From an uncultured cyanobacterium (lineage in GTDB: Bacteria; Cyanobacteriota; Cyanobacteriia; Leptolyngbyales; Leptolyngbyaceae), in the NCBI GenBank assembly GCA_963766075.1, contig CAVYAN010000026.1:1-64000 (forward strand): a DNA stretch of 64,000 nt, in the 5' to 3' direction. The notes beneath the pieces are model-generated. The model had not been told where the DNA came from, ran no database searches, and worked only from the letters and a program-made list of their open reading frames with translations. The position numbers were made by a program, and so were the translations under genes. Positions 60,611 through 64,000 of the stretch are shown here, in pieces; the first letter of the stretch is position 1; each line of letters begins with the position of its first letter.

Positions 60611-61696
60611 CTACTCGTCAAGCTGCCAGAGCTCTTTGGTATAGTCTTCATCCAGCACCTTCTTAGGTCGCAGAATCAAAATCACCTGCCCCAGGATAGC
60701 GATTTCCGGTTCAGTCTCGAACCATTGAATTTGTAGGTGGTCGGAAGCGCTGATGATGTAATAGCGATCGCTGCGCCATTCCCGCTGGGCCCGATCCACC
60801 ACCACCAAAACATCCTCGGCCTTTCCCGGCAGTGGTGTGGGCAGGCTATCACTATCGCAGATTAGCGCTACCGGGTCTTCGGCTACTCGAATCACCTGCC
60901 AACCCGGAACCGCCACCATTGCCTCTGCATCCACACACTGAGCAATTTGGAAAACCCCCTCAGTAGGCAATGCTGGGACGGCTTGCAGATTAGTTTGAGT
61001 TAGGGGCAGAGTACCGACTACCGGAATAATGCGCGGCAGTTCCTCATCCGAATCCACACGATAGACAGGCAAGGTTGGGGCTTTGGCCGTGGAGACAACA
61101 CTGAAGTCAGTCAGAAGTTGCTCAATATGCTTGCGCGCCGAGGGGCTGTGGGCAAAGCGTAGCCCCTTGGCAATCAAGCGGGCCCGCTCCGGGAAATCGG
61201 ACTTCTGCCGCGTTTGTTTCCAGGCTTGGTAGGCCATTGCATCGCCGGGATGAGTGGTAAACCCTTCGGGAATCGCACTCAACCGCCCCAAATCCTTCAC
61301 AGCCTTGGCCACCTCACGGGCCTCGTCCAGATCTAGCCCCTGCTCTAGGGCCAGCGTTGCCACGGCCACACGCTCCGCTTGGTTCAGGATCCGCAGTTCG
61401 TAAAGCACATCGCTACCCTTTTGGGCAAAATGGGCCTGGACAACAGCGCTAGCTGCCTCGGTCACCAGTGCGCCATAGACCTGAGCCGCCACAATCACCT
61501 GATTTTGCTGAATCGGTTCAAACCCAGTTTCCTCAAAGATGGTTTGAGTCGTGTAGCCCGACTTTTGTAAAGCCTGACAGGCTTGGCCCCAAGCCACCCA
61601 GTTACCCTGCTTGCGGCGGAGGTTCAGCAGCAATTCCTGGGCTTCGGATTCCGATAAAGTTTCAGCATTCGGCCCACCTGGCGGCGTTGCGGTCAT
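60611..61696 (-). CDS. raf1: RuBisCO accumulation factor 1
   Basis: LRRKQGNWVAWG, IFEETGFEPIQQNQVIVAAQVY and LRPKKVLDE...WQLDE. Confidence 0.95.
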   Translation of the reverse strand: MTATPPGGPNAETLSESEAQELLLNLRRKQGNWVAWGQACQALQKSGYTTQTIFEETGFEPIQQNQVIVAAQVYGALVTEAASAVVQAHFAQKGSDVLYELRILNQAERVAVATLALEQGLDLDEAREVAKAVKDLGRLSAIPEGFTTHPGDAMAYQAWKQTRQKSDFPERARLIAKGLRFAHSPSARKHIEQLLTDFSVVSTAKAPTLPVYRVDSDEELPRIIPVVGTLPLTQTNLQAVPALPTEGVFQIAQCVDAEAMVAVPGWQVIRVAEDPVALICDSDSLPTPLPGKAEDVLVVVDRAQREWRSDRYYIISASDHLQIQWFETEPEIAILGQVILILRPKKVLDEDYTKELWQLDE

Positions 61697-61828
61697 ACCT
61701 GTTTGTTCTCCCTTGTCCCTGTCAATAGCTCTGTCTGGCGCTTTGATTGTCCCACAGATACTCGCGCAGGATCAGAATCTTGTCTTGCACCGACCCTGAA
61801 GGATGGACCAGTGCTATCCTGACACCCT

Positions 61829-62467
61829 TCATCGCCCCAGATCGTGCAGATCGTGAATCGCAGCGGCACACTGTTGAGTCACGGCTTCTAAGGCCGCGCG
61901 ATCGCCCTCGGGTGGCGGCGCAATCACATCCCCAATCCGAATTGTCAACGGCACCCGCTGTGGCCATATTGACCCCTTCCGGAAAATTTTGTCCGTACCC
62001 CATAGGCTAACCGGCAGCAGTGGTGCTTGCGCCTTAGCCGCAATCCAGGCCGCCCCCAGCTTTGGATCCGTCACCCGGCCATCCGGCGTGCGGGTACCCG
62101 TGATAAAGACGCCCACGGCCCAGTTTTTTTCTAGGCTGGTCGTTGCGGCTCGCATGGCGCTGCAATCGGCGGCTCCCCGCTTAACGGGATAAGCCCCGTA
62201 GAGCTGAATCGCTGGCCCTAAAACGGGCACCCGAAACAATTCTTCCTTCGCCATATAGGCGACCGGTCGCCGCACACACGCAGACAAAATCGGTGGGTCA
62301 AAATCGCTGGCATGGTTGCTGACCACAACCAAGGGACCCGCTTGGGGCACCCGTTCCGCGCCATAGATCCGGCCCCGAAAATAACCGTGTAGCACCGGAC
62401 TTACCACCGACCATTTGAATAGGTGATACAGCCCCAGACTAACGACAGGTTCACGGTTTCGACTCAT
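61829..62467 (-). CDS. plsC: 1-acyl-sn-glycerol-3-phosphate acyltransferase
   Basis: NHASDFD, MAKEELF and GTRT; downstream of fabD. Confidence 0.92.
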   Translation of the reverse strand: MSRNREPVVSLGLYHLFKWSVVSPVLHGYFRGRIYGAERVPQAGPLVVVSNHASDFDPPILSACVRRPVAYMAKEELFRVPVLGPAIQLYGAYPVKRGAADCSAMRAATTSLEKNWAVGVFITGTRTPDGRVTDPKLGAAWIAAKAQAPLLPVSLWGTDKIFRKGSIWPQRVPLTIRIGDVIAPPPEGDRAALEAVTQQCAAAIHDLHDLGR

Positions 62468-63354
62468 GCTAACTCCGCCACTGGCAACTCCGCCACATTG
62501 CCCACAGCCTCGAGCTTCAGCGTCGGACAGGTGCGCTTGATAATGCCGATTAACACTTTTCCCGGCCCCACTTCCACCACTCGCTCGACGGACAATTCCG
62601 GCAACTGGAGTGAGATTTCGCGCCAGCGCACGGTACCGGTCATTTGGCGACGCAGGCGGTCTTTCAGGATTGCCCCGTCGATACTAGGAACCGGATCGAC
62701 ATTGGAAAGCACCGGAACCTGCGCCGTGTTAAATGCGATCGCCGCCAAATCCTGCTCAAATTCCGCCGCCGCCGTCGCCATCAACGGGGAATGGAAGGCT
62801 CCACTCACATTCAGTTTCACCGCCCGCTTGCACTTGACCTGCCCCAGAAGCGCCTCCACTGCCGCTGGCGTGCCCGACACTACCACCTGTCCAGCATTGT
62901 TATCATTGGCCAACACCACATCAGTAATCTGCTGTAACTGTTGCTCCAACTGCTCTCGGTCAAAACCCAACAGGGCAGCCATCATGCCATCCGCCGCGCC
63001 AGCCATTAATTGAGATCGCCGCTGCATCAATCGCAGGCCGTCAGCAAACCCAAACACGCCTGCCGCATACAGCGCGGCATACTCCCCTAAACTATGTCCC
63101 GCCACAAAATCCGGAGATTGTCCCCTAGCCCGCAACAAATCCGCCAGCGCGGTTTCCACCACATACAGGCAAGGCTGGGTATACAGCGTCTGAGACAGCT
63201 TATCCTCTGGATCCTGGCAAATTGCCGCCACCGACCAGCCCAAAATTTCATCCGCCTGCTCAAACTTCTGCCTCGCCTCGGGGATGTCCAGCAGATCCGC
63301 CGCCATGCCCACCGCTTGGGACCCTTGCCCCGGAAACACCCATGCTGTTTTCAT
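62464..63354 (-). CDS. fabD: Malonyl-CoA:ACP transacylase
   Basis: FPGQGSQ, GHSLGEY and VSGAFHS. Confidence 0.98.
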   Translation of the reverse strand: MKTAWVFPGQGSQAVGMAADLLDIPEARQKFEQADEILGWSVAAICQDPEDKLSQTLYTQPCLYVVETALADLLRARGQSPDFVAGHSLGEYAALYAAGVFGFADGLRLMQRRSQLMAGAADGMMAALLGFDREQLEQQLQQITDVVLANDNNAGQVVVSGTPAAVEALLGQVKCKRAVKLNVSGAFHSPLMATAAAEFEQDLAAIAFNTAQVPVLSNVDPVPSIDGAILKDRLRRQMTGTVRWREISLQLPELSVERVVEVGPGKVLIGIIKRTCPTLKLEAVGNVAELPVAELA

Positions 63355-63548
63355 CGATCGCCCATCACCCTTTCAGGACACACAACTTTCCCAATCTCGC
63401 AGTCTTCCCCATCCCACAGTCTTCCCTAACCGACTGTGCAAAAACTGAGAGTGCAAAGACTTAGATCCGAGACTTAGGATTGTAAGGGAATTCGGGAGCG
63501 ATTCATCAATTCATCAAAAATCCTCACGCCCCGGAGACTCGTTCCCCC

Positions 63549-64000
63549 CTATCTACCCCATTGGAAAATCGCCGCCCCCCAGGTTAACCCCGCCCCAAAG
63601 CCCGCTGCCGCGATGGTATCGCCCGCTTGCACCTGTCCGGCCCGCACATACTCATCCAATGCAATCGGGATGGAGGCCGCTGACGTGTTTCCGTATCGGG
63701 CCAGATTGCTGATAATCTTTTGCTCGGGGATATGCAGGCGATCGCCCACCGCCGCCAAAATTCGTTGATTGGCCTGATGCAACAACAGCCAGTCAATGCT
63801 TTCAGAAGTCAAACTAGCGCGATGCAGCGCCTTTTCAATCACCTCGGGCACCTTGCGTACCGCAAACCGATACACTTCCTGACCGTTCATCGTAATCGGG
63901 TTGAATCCGCCCTGCCCTAGGGTTACCCCCGGCAACAGTTCCTGAGGACTGAGTGCTGGACTCCAAATTCAAAAACTCATTCTGACTGCCGTCAGTGCGC
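63549..64000 (-). CDS. fabH: Beta-ketoacyl-ACP synthase III, C-terminal part, with an apparent +1 frameshift near 63948
   Basis: [27 protein letters not shown] and GFGAGLTWG; the upstream [12 protein letters not shown] lies in a different frame. Confidence 0.93.

Overview
Cyanobacterial chromosomal window, judged by abundant HIP1 GCGATCGC octamers, raf1, and groES-groEL1 with CIRCE and K-box. The left end (1 to ~1.88 kb) looks foreign: a GC-richer segment, HIP1-free by eye, encoding a Mu/TnsB(TniA)-type DDE transposase and the start of a probable TnsC/TniB-like partner. Housekeeping genes include fghA, groESL, a DAHP synthase, recJ, raf1, plsC, fabD and part of fabH. Accessory loci are: a 1681-aa DUF4347/Ig-like/Calx-beta/FG-GAP surface protein; an XRE-cupin-regulated desaturase-like / alpha-beta hydrolase / GlnT(GmaS-like) cluster interrupted by an Rpn-family gene; an orphan 24-repeat CRISPR array with leader (type I-D-like repeat, no cas genes in the window); a TetR-Coq4 pair with three operator palindromes; and a BMP-GlcG-amidohydrolase operon. 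The most striking structure is a tandem array of four paralogous, signal-peptide-less HEIGH zinc metalloproteases with hypervariable internal segments and a shared C-terminal tail (30.5-37.4 kb). Four single-base frameshifts were found by hand. One lies in fabH, which is normally essential, so assembly indel errors are a real possibility. All family assignments come from motif recognition by eye; no database search was run.
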